Part shown: positions 52,301-64,000 of the stretch, in pieces
How the letters are laid out: each line of letters starts with the position of its first letter
Numbering within the stretch: position 1 is the stretch's first letter
Assembly: GCF_009914755.1 (NCBI RefSeq)
Contig: NC_060928.1
Reading direction: 5' to 3' (one strand)
Length of the DNA stretch: 64,000 bases
From: the human T2T-CHM13v2.0 reference genome, Homo sapiens
Position numbers and translations under genes: made by a program
Notes under the pieces: generated by a model
Databases searched by the model: none
Told to the model about the DNA's origin: nothing
What the model saw: only the letters and a program-made list of their open reading frames with translations

Positions 52301-55300
52301 GTGAAAAAGGAAATATCTTCCCATAAAAACTAGACAGAAGCATTCTCAGAAACTTGTTTGTGATGTGTGTATTCAACTAACAGAGTTGAACTTTTGTTTT
52401 TACAGAGCCGTTTTAAAACACTCTTTTTGTGGAATCAGAAAGTGGATATTCGGATGGCTCTGAGGATTTCGTTGGAAGCGGGATTACATATAAAATCTAG
52501 AGAGAAGCATTCTCAGGAACTTCTTTGTGATGTTTGCATTGAAGTCACAGAATTGAACATTCACTTTGATAGAGCAGGTTTGAAACACTCATTCTGTAGT
52601 ATCTGGAAGTGGACATTTCAAGCGCTTTCAGGCCTATGGTGAGAAAGGAAATATCTTCGAATAAAAACTAGACAGAAGCATCCTCAGAAACTTATTTGTG
52701 ATGTGTGTCCTCAACTAACAGAGTTGAAACTTTGTTTTGATACAGCATTTTGGAAACACTCTTTTTGTAGAATCTGCAGGTGGATATTTGGATAGCTTAG
52801 AGGGATTCGTTGGAAAGGGGATATCTTCATATAAAATCTAGACAGAAGCATTCTCAGAAACTTATTTGTGATGTGTGTCCTCAACTAACAGAGTTGAACC
52901 TTGGTTTTGATACAGCATTTTGGAAACACTCCTTTTGTAGAATCTGCAGGTGGATATGTGGATAGCTCTGAAGATTTCGTTGGAAACGGGAATTTCTTCA
53001 TATAAAATCAAACAGAAGCATTCTCAGAAACTTCTCAGTGATGTTTGCATTCAGCTCATGGAGTTGAACACTTCCTTTCATAGAGCCGGTTTGAAACACT
53101 CTTTCTGCACTACCTGGAAGAGGACATTTCGAGCGCTTTGAGTCCTATGGTGAAAAAGGAAATATCTTCTCATAAAAACCAGAAAGAAGCATTCTCAGAA
53201 ACTTCTTTGTGTTGTGTGTACTCATGTAACAGTGTTGAACCATCCTTTTGACAGAGCAGTTTTGAAACACTCTTTTTGTAGAATCTGCAAGTGGATATTT
53301 GGATAGCTTTGAGGATTTCGTTGGAAACGGGATGACATATAATATCTAGAGAGAAGCATACTCAGGAACTTCTTTGTGATGTTTGCATTCAAGTCACAGA
53401 ATTGAACATTCCCTTTCATAGAGCAGGTTTGAAACACTCTTTCTCTAGTATCTGGAAGTGGGCATTTCAAGCGCTTTCAGGCCTATGGAGAGAAAGGAAA
53501 TACCTTCAAATAAAAACTAGACAGAAGCATTCTCAGAAACTTATTTGTGATGTGTGTCCTCAACTAACAGAGTTGAACCTTTGTTTTGATACAGCATTTT
53601 GGAAACACTCCTTTTGTAGAATCTGCAGGTGGATATTTGGATAACTTTGAAGATTTCGTTGGAAACCGGAATATCTTCATATAAAATCAAGACAGAAGCA
53701 TTCTCGGAAACATCTCTGTGATGTTTGCATTCAACTCAGTAGAGTTGAACACTTCCTTTCATAGAGCAGGTTTGAAACACTCTTTCTGCACTACCTGGAA
53801 GCGGACATTTCGAGCGCTTTGAGGCCTATGGTGAAAAAGGAAATATCTTCTCATAAAAACCAGAAAGAAGCATTCTCAGAAACTTCTTTGTGTTGTGTGT
53901 ACTCAAGTAACAGTGTTGAACCTTCCTTTTGACACAGCTGTTTTGAAACACTCTTTTGGTAGAATCTGCAAGTGGATATTTGGATAGGTTTGAGGATTTC
54001 GTTGGAAACGGGTTATCTTCATATAAAATCCAGACAGGAGCATTCTCAGAAACTTCTTTGTGCTGCATGTCCTCAATTCACAGAGCTGAACCTTTGTTTG
54101 GATACAGCATTTTGGAAACATTCCTTTAGTAGAATCTGCAAGTTGATATTTAGATAGCTTTGAAGATTTCGTTGGAAACGGGAATATCTTCATAGAAAAT
54201 CTAGACGGAAGCATTCTCAGAAACTGCTTTGTGATGTTTGCATTCAAGTCACAGAGTTGAATATTCCCTTTTATAGAGTAGGTTTGAAACACTCTTTCGG
54301 CACTACCTGGAAGTGGATATTTCGAGCTCTTTGAGGCCTATGGTTAAAAGGAAATATCTTCCCATAAAAACTAGACAGAAGCCGTCTCAGAAACTTGTTT
54401 GTGATGTGTGTATTCAACTACCAGAGTTGAACATTTCTGTTACAGAGCAATTTTAAAACACTCTTTTTGTGGAATCTGAAAGTGGATAATTGGATAGCTT
54501 TGTGGATTTCGTTGGAAACGGGATGACGTATAAAATCTAGAGAGAAGCATTCTCAGGAACTTCTTTCTGATGTTTGCATTCAAGTCACAGAATTGAACAT
54601 TCCTTTTCATAGTGCAGGTTTGAAACACTCTTTCTGTAGTATCTGGAAGTGGACATTTCAAGCGCTTTCAGGCCTACGGGGAGAAAGGAAATATCTTCAA
54701 ATGAAAACTAGACAGAAGGATTCTCAGAAACTTATTTGTGATGTGTGTCCTAAACGAACACAGTTGAACCTTTGTTTTGATACAGCATTTTGGAAACACT
54801 CCTTTTGTAGGATCTGCAGGTGGATATTTGGATAGATTTTAAGATTTCGTTGGAAACGGGAGTTTCTTCATAGAAACTCAAGACAGATGCATTCTCAGAA
54901 ACATCTCTGTGATGTTTGCATTCCACTCATAGAGTTGAAAACTTCCTTTCATAGAGCAGGTTTGAAACACTCTTTTTGTAATATTTGGAAGTGGACATTT
55001 GCAGCGCTTTGAGGCCTATGGTGAAAAAGGAAATATCTTCTCATAAAAACCAGAAACAAGCATTCTCAGAAACTTCTTTTTGATGTGTGTACTCAAGTAA
55101 CAGAGTTGAACCTTCCTTTTGACACAGCAGTTTTGAAACAATCTTTTTGTAGAATCTGCAAGTGGATATTTGGATAGCTTTGAGGATTTCGTTGGAAACG
55201 GGATATCTTCATATAAAATCTAGACAGAAGCATTCTCAGAAACTTCTTTGTGCTGTATGTCCTCAATTAACAGAGTTGAACCATTGCTTGGATACAGCAT

Positions 55301-58300
55301 TTTGGAAACATTCCTTGAGTAGAATCTGCAAGTTGATATTTAGATAGATTTGAAGATTTCGTTGGAAAAGGGAATATCTCCATATAAAATCTAGAGGGAA
55401 GCATTCTCAGAAACTGCTTTGTGATGTTTCCATTCAAGTCACAGAGTTGAATATTCCCTTTTATAGAGCACGTTTGAAACACTCTTTCTGCACTATCTGG
55501 AAGTGGACATTTCGAGCGCTTTGAGGCCTATGGTGAAAAAGGAAATATCTTCCCATAAAAACTAGACAGAAGCATTCTCAGAAACTTGTTTGTGATGTGT
55601 GTATTCAACTAACAGAGTTGAACTTTTGTTTTTACAGAGCCGTTTTAAAACACTCTTTTTGTGGAATCAGAAAGTGGATATTCGGATGGCTCTGAGGATT
55701 TCGTTGGAAGCGGGATTACATATAAAATCTAGAGAGAAGCATTCTCAGGAACTTCTTTGTGATGTTTGCATTGAAGTCACAGAATTGAACATTCACTTTG
55801 ATAGAGCAGGTTTGAAACACTCATTCTGTAGTATCTGGAAGTGGACATTTCAAGCGCTTTCAGGCCTATGGTGAGAAAGGAAATATCTTCGAATAAAAAC
55901 TAGACAGAAGCATCCTCAGAAACTTATTTGTGATGTGTGTCCTCAACTAACAGAGTTGAAACTTTGTTTTGATACAGCATTTTGGAAACACTCTTTTTGT
56001 AGAATCTGCAGGTGGATATTTGGATAGCTTAGAGGGATTCGTTGGAAAGGGGATATCTTCATATAAAATCTAGACAGAAGCATTCTCAGAAACTTATTTG
56101 TGATGTGTGTCCTCAACTAACAGAGTTGAACCTTGGTTTTGATACAGCATTTTGGAAACACTCCTTTTGTAGAATCTGCAGGTGGATATGTGGATAGCTC
56201 TGAAGATTTTGTTGGAAACGGGAATTTCTTCATATAAAATCAAACAGAAGCATTCTCAGAAACTTCTCAGTGATGTTTGCATTCAGCTCATGGAGTTGAA
56301 CACTTCCTTTCATAGAGCCGGTTTGAAACACTCTTTCTGCAGTACCTGGAAGAGGACATTTCGAGCGCTTTGAGTCCTATGGTGAAAAAGGAAATATCTT
56401 CTCATAAAAACCAGAAAGAAGCATTCTCAGAAACTTCTTTGTGTTGTGTGTACTCATGTAACAGTGTTGAACCATCCTTTTGACAGAGCAGTTTTGAAAC
56501 ACTCTTTTTGTAGAATCTGCAAGTGGATATTTGGATAGCTTTGAGGATTTCGTTGGAAACGGGATGACATATAATATCTAGAGAGAAGCATTCTCAGGAA
56601 CTTCTTTGTGATGTTTGCATTCAAGTCACAGAATTGAACATTCCCTTTCATAGAGCAGGTTTGAAACACTCTTTCTCTAGTATCTGGAAGTGGGCATTTC
56701 AAGCGCTTTCAGGCCTATGGAGAGAAAGGAAATACCTTCTAATAAAAACTAGACAGAAGCATTCTCAGAAACTTATTTGTGATGTGTGTCCTCAACTAAC
56801 AGAGTTGAACCTTTGTTTTGATACAGCATTTTGGAAACACTCCTTTTGTAGAATCTGCAGGTGGATATTTGGATAACTTTGAAGATTTCGTTGGAAACCG
56901 GAATATCTTCATATAAAATCAAGACAGAAGCATTCTCGGAAACATCTCTGTGATGTTTGCATTCAACTCAGTAGAGTTGAACACTTCCTTTCATAGAGCA
57001 GGTTTGAAACACTCTTTCTGCACTACCTGGAAGCGGACATTTCGAGCGCTTTGAGGCCTATGGTGAAAAAGGAAATATCTTCTCATAAAAACCAGAAAGA
57101 AGCATTCTCAGAAACTTCTTTGTGTTGTGTGTACTCAAGTAACAGTGTTGAACCTTCCTTTTGACACAGCTGTTTTGAAACACTCTTTTGGTAGAATCTG
57201 CAAGTGGATATTTGGATAGGTTTGAGGATTTCGTTGGAAACGGGTTATCTTCATATAAAATCCAGACAGGAGCATTCTCAGAAACTTCTTTGTGCTGCAT
57301 GTCCTCAATTCACAGAGCTGAACCTTTGTTTGGATACAGCATTTTGGAAACATTCCTTTAGTAGAATCTGCAAGTTGATATTTAGATAGCTTTGAAGATT
57401 TCGTTGGAAACGGGAATATCTTCATAGAAAATCTAGACGGAAGCATTCTCAGAAACTGCTTTGTGATGTTTGCATTCAAGTCACAGAGTTGAATATTCCC
57501 TTTTATAGAGTAGGTTTGAAACACTCTTTCGGCACTACCTGGAAGTGGATATTTCGAGCTCTTTGAGGCCTATGGTTAAAAGGAAATATCTTCCCATAAA
57601 AACTAGACAGAAGCCGTCTCAGAAACTTGTTTGTGATGTGTGTATTCAACTACCAGAGTTGAACATTTCTGTTACAGAGCAATTTTAAAACACTCTTTTT
57701 GTGGAATCTGAAAGTGGATAATTGGATAGCTTTGTGGATTTCGTTGGAAACGGGATGACGTATAAAATCTAGAGAGAAGCATTCTCAGGAACTTCTTTCT
57801 GATGTTTGCATTCAAGTCACAGAATTGAACATTCCTTTTCATAGTGCAGGTTTGAAACACTCTTTCTGTAGTATCTGGAAGTGGACATTTCAAGCGCTTT
57901 CAGGCCTACGGGGAGAAAGGAAATATCTTCAAATGAAAACTAGACAGAAGGATTCTCAGAAACTTATTTGTGATGTGTGTCCTAAACGAACACAGTTGAA
58001 CCTTTGTTTAGATACAGCATTTTGGAAACACTCCTTTTGTAGGATCTGCAGGTGGATATTTGGATAGATTTTAAGATTTCGTTGGAAACGGGAGTTTCTT
58101 CATAGAAACTCAAGACAGATGCATTCTCAGAAACATCTCTGTGATGTTTGCATTCCACTCATAGAGTTGAAAACTTCCTTTCATAGAGCAGGTTTGAAAC
58201 ACTCTTTTTGTAATATTTGGAAGTGGACATTTGCAGCGCTTTGAGGCCTATGGTGAAAAAGAAAATATCTTCTCATAAAAACCAGAAACAAGCATTCTCA

Positions 58301-61300
58301 GAAACTTCTTTTTGATGTGTGTACTCAAGTAACAGAGTTGAACCTTCCTTTTGACACAGCAGTTTTGAAACAATCTTTTTGTAGAATCTGCAAGTGGATA
58401 TTTGGATAGCTTTGAGGATTTCGTTGGAAACGGGATATCTTCATATAAAATCTAGACAGAAGCATTCTCAGAAACTTCTTTGTGCTGTATGTCCTCAATT
58501 AACAGAGTTGAACCATTGCTTGGATACAGCATTTTGGAAACATTCCTTGAGTAGAATCTGCAAGTTGATATTTAGATAGATTTGAAGATTTCGTTGGAAA
58601 AGGGAATATCTCCATATAAAATCTAGAGGGAAGCATTCTCAGAAACTGCTTTGTGATGTTTCCATTCAAGTCACAGAGTTGAATATTCCCTTTTATAGAG
58701 CACGTTTGAAACACTCTTTCTGCACTATCTGGAAGTGGACATTTCGAGCGCTTTGAGGCCTATGGTGAAAAAGGAAATATCTTCCCATAAAAACTAGACA
58801 GAAGCATTCTCAGAAACTTGTTTGTGATGTGTGTATTCAACTAACAGAGTTGAACTTTTGTTTTTACAGAGCCGTTTTAAAACACTCTTTTTGTGGAATC
58901 AGAAAGTGGATATTCGGATGGCTCTGAGGATTTCGTTGGAAGCGGGATTACATATAAAATCTAGAGAGAAGCATTCTCCGGAACTTCTTTGTGATGTTTG
59001 CATTGAAGTCACAGAATTGAACATTCACTTTGATAGAGCAGGTTTGAAACACTCATTCTGTAGTATCTGGAAGTGGACATTTCAAGCGCTTTCAGGCCTA
59101 TGGTGAGAAAGGAAATATCTTCGAATAAAAACTAGACAGAAGCATCCTCAGAAACTTATTTGTGATGTGTGTCCTCAACTAACAGAGTTGAAACTTTGTT
59201 TTGATACAGCATTTTGGAAACACTCTTTTTGTAGAATCTGCAGGTGGATATTTGGATAGCTTAGAGGGATTCGTTGGAAAGGGGATATCTTCATATAAAA
59301 TCTAGACAGAAGCATTCTCAGAAACTTATTTGTGATGTGTGTCCTCAACTAACAGAGTTGAACCTTGGTTTTGATACAGCATTTTGGAAACACTCCTTTT
59401 GTAGAATCTGCAGGTGGATATGTGGATAGCTCTGAAGATTTTGTTGGAAACGGGAATTTCTTCATATAAAATCAAACAGAAGCATTCTCAGAAACTTCTC
59501 AGTGATGTTTGCATTCAGCTCATGGAGTTGAACACTTCCTTTCATAGAGCCGGTTTGAAACACTCTTTCTGCAGTACCTGGAAGAGGACATTTCGAGCGC
59601 TTTGAGTCCTATGGTGAAAAAGGAAATATCTTCTCATAAAAACCAGAAAGAAGCATTCTCAGAAACTTCTTTGTGTTGTGTGTACTCATGTAACAGTGTT
59701 GAACCATCCTTTTGACAGAGCAGTTTTGAAACACTCTTTTTGTAGAATCTGCAAGTGGATATTTGGATAGCTTTGAGGATTTCGTTGGAAACGGGATGAC
59801 ATATAATATCTAGAGAGAAGCATTCTCAGGAACTTCTTTGTGATGTTTGCATTCAAGTCACAGAATTGAACATTCCCTTTCATAGAGCAGGTTTGAAACA
59901 CTCTTTCTCTAGTATCTGGAAGTGGGCATTTCAAGCGCTTTCAGGCCTATGGAGAGAAAGGAAATACCTTCTAATAAAAACTAGACAGAAGCATTCTCAG
60001 AAACTTATTTGTGATGTGTGTCCTCAACTAACAGAGTTGAACCTTTGTTTTGATACAGCATTTTGGAAACACTCCTTTTGTAGAATCTGCAGGTGGATAT
60101 TTGGATAACTTTGAAGATTTCGTTGGAAACCGGAATATCTTCATATAAAATCAAGACAGAAGCATTCTCGGAAACATCTCTGTGATGTTTGCATTCAACT
60201 CAGTAGAGTTGAACACTTCCTTTCATAGAGCAGGTTTGAAACACTCTTTCTGCACTACCTGGAAGCGGACATTTCGAGCGCTTTGAGGCCTATGGTGAAA
60301 AAGGAAATATCTTCTCATAAAAACCAGAAAGAAGCATTCTCAGAAACTTCTTTGTGTTGTGTGTACTCAAGTAACAGTGTTGAACCTTCCTTTTGACACA
60401 GCTGTTTTGAAACACTCTTTTGGTAGAATCTGCAAGTGGATATTTGGATAGCTTTGAGGATTTCGTTGGAAACGGGTTATCTTCATATAAAATCCAGACA
60501 GGAGCATTCTCAGAAACTTCTTTGTGCTGCATGTCCTCAATTCACAGAGCTGAACCTTTGTTTGGATACAGCATTTTGGAAACATTCCTTTAGTAGAATC
60601 TGCAAGTTGATATTTAGATAGCTTTGAAGATTTCGTTGGAAACGGGAATATCTTCATAGAAAATCTAGACGGAAGCATTCTCAGAAACTGCTTTGTGATG
60701 TTTGCATTCAAGTCACAGAGTTGAATATTCCCTTTTATAGAGTAGGTTTGAAACACTCTTTCGGCACTACCTGGAAGTGGATATTTCGAGCTCTTTGAGG
60801 TCTATGGTTAAAAGGAAATATCTTCCCATAAAAACTAGACAGAAGCCGTCTCAGAAACTTGTTTGTGATGTGTGTATTCAACTACCAGAGTTGAACATTT
60901 CTGTTACAGAGCAATTTTAAAACACTCTTTTTGTGGAATCTGAAAGTGGATAATTGGATAGCTTTGTGGATTTCGTTGGAAACGGGATGACGTATAAAAT
61001 CTAGAGAGAAGCATTCTCAGGAACTTCTTTCTGATGTTTGCATTCAAGTCACAGAATTGAACATTCCTTTTCATAGTGCAGGTTTGAAACACTCTTTCTG
61101 TAGTATCTGGAAGTGGACATTTCAAGCGCTTTCAGGCCTACGGGGAGAAAGGAAATATCTTCAAATAAAAACTAGACAGAAGGATTCTCAGAAACTTATT
61201 TGTGATGTGTGTCCTAAACGAACACAGTTGAACCTTTGTTTTGATACAGCATTTTGGAAACACTCCTTTTGTAGGATCTGCAGGTGGATATTTGGATAGA

Positions 61301-63394
61301 TTTTAAGATTTCGTTGGAAACGGGAGTTTCTTCATAGAAACTCAAGACAGATGCATTCTCAGAAACATCTCTGTGATGTTTGCATTCCACTCATAGAGTT
61401 GAAAACTTCCTTTCATAGAGCAGGTTTGAAACACTCTTTTTGTAATATTTGGAAGTGGACATTTGCAGCGCTTTGAGGCCTATGGTGAAAAAGGAAATAT
61501 CTTCTCATAAAAACCAGAAACAAGCATTCTCAGAAACTTCTTTTTGATGTGTGTACTCAAGTAACAGAGTTGAACCTTCCTTTTGACACAGCAGTTTTGA
61601 AACAATCTTTTTGTAGAATCTGCAAGTGGATATTTGGATAGCTTTGAGGATTTCGTTGGAAACGGGATATCTTCATATAAAATCTAGACAGAAGCATTCT
61701 CAGAAACTTCTTTGTGCTGTATGTCCTCAATTAACAGAGTTGAACCATTGCTTGGATACAGCATTTTGGAAACATTCCTTGAGTAGAATCTGCAAGTTGA
61801 TATTTAGATAGATTTGAAGATTTCGTTGGAAAAGGGAATATCTCCATATAAAATCTAGAGGGAAGCATTCTCAGAAACTGCTTTGTGATGTTTCCATTCA
61901 AGTCACAGAGTTGAATATTCCCTTTTATAGAGCACGTTTGAAACACTCTTTCTGCACTATCTGGAAGTGGACATTTCGAGCGCTTTGAGGCCTATGGTGA
62001 AAAAGGAAATATCTTCCCATAAAAACTAGACAGAAGCATTCTCAGAAACTTGTTTGTGATGTGTGTATTCAACTAACAGAGTTGAACTTTTGTTTTTACA
62101 GAGCCGTTTTAAAACACTCTTTTTGTGGAATCAGAAAGTGGATATTCGGATGGCTCTGAGGATTTCGTTGGAAGCGGGATTACATATAAAATCTAGAGAG
62201 AAGCATTCTCAGGAACTTCTTTGTGATGTTTGCATTGAAGTCACAGAATTGAACATTCACTTTGATAGAGCAGGTTTGAAACACTCATTCTGTAGTATCT
62301 GGAAGTGGACATTTCAAGCGCTTTCAGGCCTATGGTGAGAAAGGAAATATCTTCGAATAAAAACTAGACAGAAGCATCCTCAGAAACTTATTTGTGATGT
62401 GTGTCCTCAACTAACAGAGTTGAAACTTTGTTTTGATACAGCATTTTGGAAACACTCTTTTTGTAGAATCTGCAGGTGGATATTTGGATAGCTTAGAGGG
62501 ATTCGTTGGAAAGGGGATATCTTCATATAAAATCTAGACAGAAGCATTCTCAGAAACTTATTTGTGATGTGTGTCCTCAACTAACAGAGTTGAACCTTGG
62601 TTTTGATACAGCATTTTGGAAACACTCCTTTTGTAGAATCTGCAGGTGGATATGTGGATAGCTCTGAAGATTTCGTTGGAAACGGGAATTTCTTCATATA
62701 AAATCAAACAGAAGCATTCTCAGAAACTTCTCAGTGATGTTTGCATTCAGCTCATGGAGTTGAACACTTCCTTTCATAGAGCCGGTTTGAAACACTCTTT
62801 CTGCACTACCTGGAAGAGGACATTTCGAGCGCTTTGAGTCCTATGGTGAAAAAGGAAATATCTTCTCATAAAAACCAGAAAGAAGCATTCTCAGAAACTT
62901 CTTTGTGTTGTGTGTACTCATGTAACAGTGTTGAACCATCCTTTTGACAGAGCAGTTTTGAAACACTCTTTTTGTAGAATCTGCAAGTGGATATTTGGAT
63001 AGCTTTGAGGATTTCGTTGGAAACGGGATGACATATAATATCTAGAGAGAAGCATTCTCAGGAACTTCTTTGTGATGTTTGCATTCAAGTCACAGAATTG
63101 AACATTCCCTTTCATAGAGCAGGTTTGAAACACTCTTTCTCTAGTATCTGGAAGTGGGCATTTCAAGCGCTTTCAGGCCTATGGAGAGAAAGGAAATACC
63201 TTCAAATAAAAACTAGACAGAAGCATTCTCAGAAACTTATTTGTGATGTGTGTCCTCAACTAACAGAGTTGAACCTTTGTTTTGATACAGCATTTTGGAA
63301 ACACTCCTTTTGTAGAATCTGCAGGTGGATATTTGGATAACTTTGAAGATTTCGTTGGAAACCGGAATATCTTCATATAAAATCAAGACAGAAG
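34308..63394 (+). repeat. Nine canonical 19-mer HORs (starts 34308, 37540, 40772, 44004, 47236, 50468, 53699, 56931, 60163)
   Basis: 3,232 bp spacing throughout, except one 3,231 bp unit (1 bp deletion after 50585, GAGCG-TTTGAGG). Confidence 0.95.
37838..40405 (+). other. Full set of 8 intact CENP-B boxes in a clean canonical HOR (starts 37838, 38008, 38348, 38686, 39028, 39540, 40048, 40389)
   Basis: Core TTCG....A..CGGG present in 8 of the 11 B-type monomers; coordinates partly transferred by offset from the first unit. Confidence 0.88.
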
Positions 63395-64000
63395 CATTCT
63401 CGGAAACATCTCTGTGATGTTTGCATTCAACTCAGTAGAGTTGAACACTTCCTTTCATAGAGCAGGTTTGAAACACTCTTTCTGCACTACCTGGAAGCGG
63501 ACATTTCGAGCGCTTTGAGGCCTATGGTGAAAAAGGAAATATCTTCTCATAAAAACCAGAAAGAAGCATTCTCAGAAACTTCTTTGTGTTGTGTGTACTC
63601 AAGTAACAGTGTTGAACCTTCCTTTTGACACAGCAGTTTTGAAACACTCTTTTGGTAGAATCTGCAAGTGGATATTTGGATAGCTTTGAGGATTTCGTTG
63701 GAAACGGGTTATCTTCATATAAAATCCAGACAGGAGCATTCTCAGAAACTTCTTTGTGCTGCATGTCCTCAATTCACAGAGCTGAACCTTTGTTTGGATA
63801 CAGCATTTTGGAAACATTCCTTTAGTAGAATCTGCAAGTTGATATTTAGATAGCTTTGAAGATTTCGTTGGAAACGGGAATATCTTCATAGAAAATCTAG
63901 ACGGAAGCATTCTCAGAAACTGCTTTGTGATGTTTGCATTCAAGTCACAGAGTTGAATATTCCCTTTTATAGAGTAGGTTTGAAACACTCTTTCGGCAAT
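63395..64000 (+). repeat. Partial HOR truncated by the window end
   Basis: First ~3.5 monomers of the unit, matching 124-729. Confidence 0.9.

Larger units (their letters stand above)
1..64000 (+). repeat. Centromeric alpha-satellite higher-order repeat array, 19-mer / 3,232 bp unit (probably human chr4 D4Z1, S2C4H1L)
   Basis: ~171 bp monomers starting CATTCTCAGAAACT throughout, with CENP-B boxes TTTCGTTGGAAACGGGA. Near-identical spurious ORFs recur every 3,232 bp (8919, 12151, 15383, 18615 ...). Alpha satellite is certain. The chr4 assignment rests on the known 19-mer/3.2 kb size of D4Z1 and is less certain (~0.85). Confidence 0.99.

Noticed and set aside
251-63988. About 240 short ORFs (61-129 aa) on both strands, including a recurring 129 aa minus-strand ORF
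   Set aside because: They recur with the HOR period, overlap in conflicting frames, often use GTG/TTG starts and simply translate alpha-satellite monomers (KHSQKLL..., LRISLETG...). There is no recognisable domain or other evidence of coding.
1-64000. Regularly spaced conserved motif (GAAGCATTCTCAGAAACT) resembling a CRISPR repeat-spacer array
   Set aside because: The intervening ~150 bp segments are homologous to each other rather than unique spacers, and there are no cas genes.
1-64000. Possible hidden L1/Alu insertion, inversion or foreign insert
   Set aside because: Every inter-marker distance is explained by whole-monomer changes (3232, 3062, 4419, 4249) or the 1 bp deletion, and all CENP-B boxes I read are on the same strand.
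63991-64000. Last bases read TTTCGGCAAT instead of the usual TTTCGGCACT
   Set aside because: A single mismatch two bases from the window end cannot be distinguished from a SNP; the next window is needed to see whether it starts a junction.

Overview
The whole 64 kb window is one uninterrupted, head-to-tail array of primate centromeric alpha satellite (~170-171 bp monomers, all in one orientation). It is organised as a 3,232 bp, 19-monomer higher-order repeat (HOR). The unit size, monomer count and A/B dimeric character best fit the human chromosome 4 active array (D4Z1 / S2C4H1L, suprachromosomal family 2); this assignment is from recognition, not a database search. Counting from an arbitrary start at 124 there are 19 complete units plus two partial ends: 15 canonical 19-mers (one with a 1 bp deletion), two 18-mers, one 26-mer and one 25-mer. 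A canonical unit has 8 A-type (pJalpha) and 11 B-type monomers; 8 B monomers carry an intact CENP-B box core and 3 carry a fixed degenerate one. I see no genes, RNA genes, transposons, inversions or CRISPR arrays, and all listed ORFs are by-products of the repeat. I found no new biological system. The interest is the recombination record: a 7+7+5 internal structure, a 7-monomer duplication, a single-origin monomer deletion in three copies, out-of-register conversion tracts, nested duplications of 1, 2 and 4 HORs, and propagating CENP-B box mutations. SNP comparisons were made by eye and are not exhaustive.
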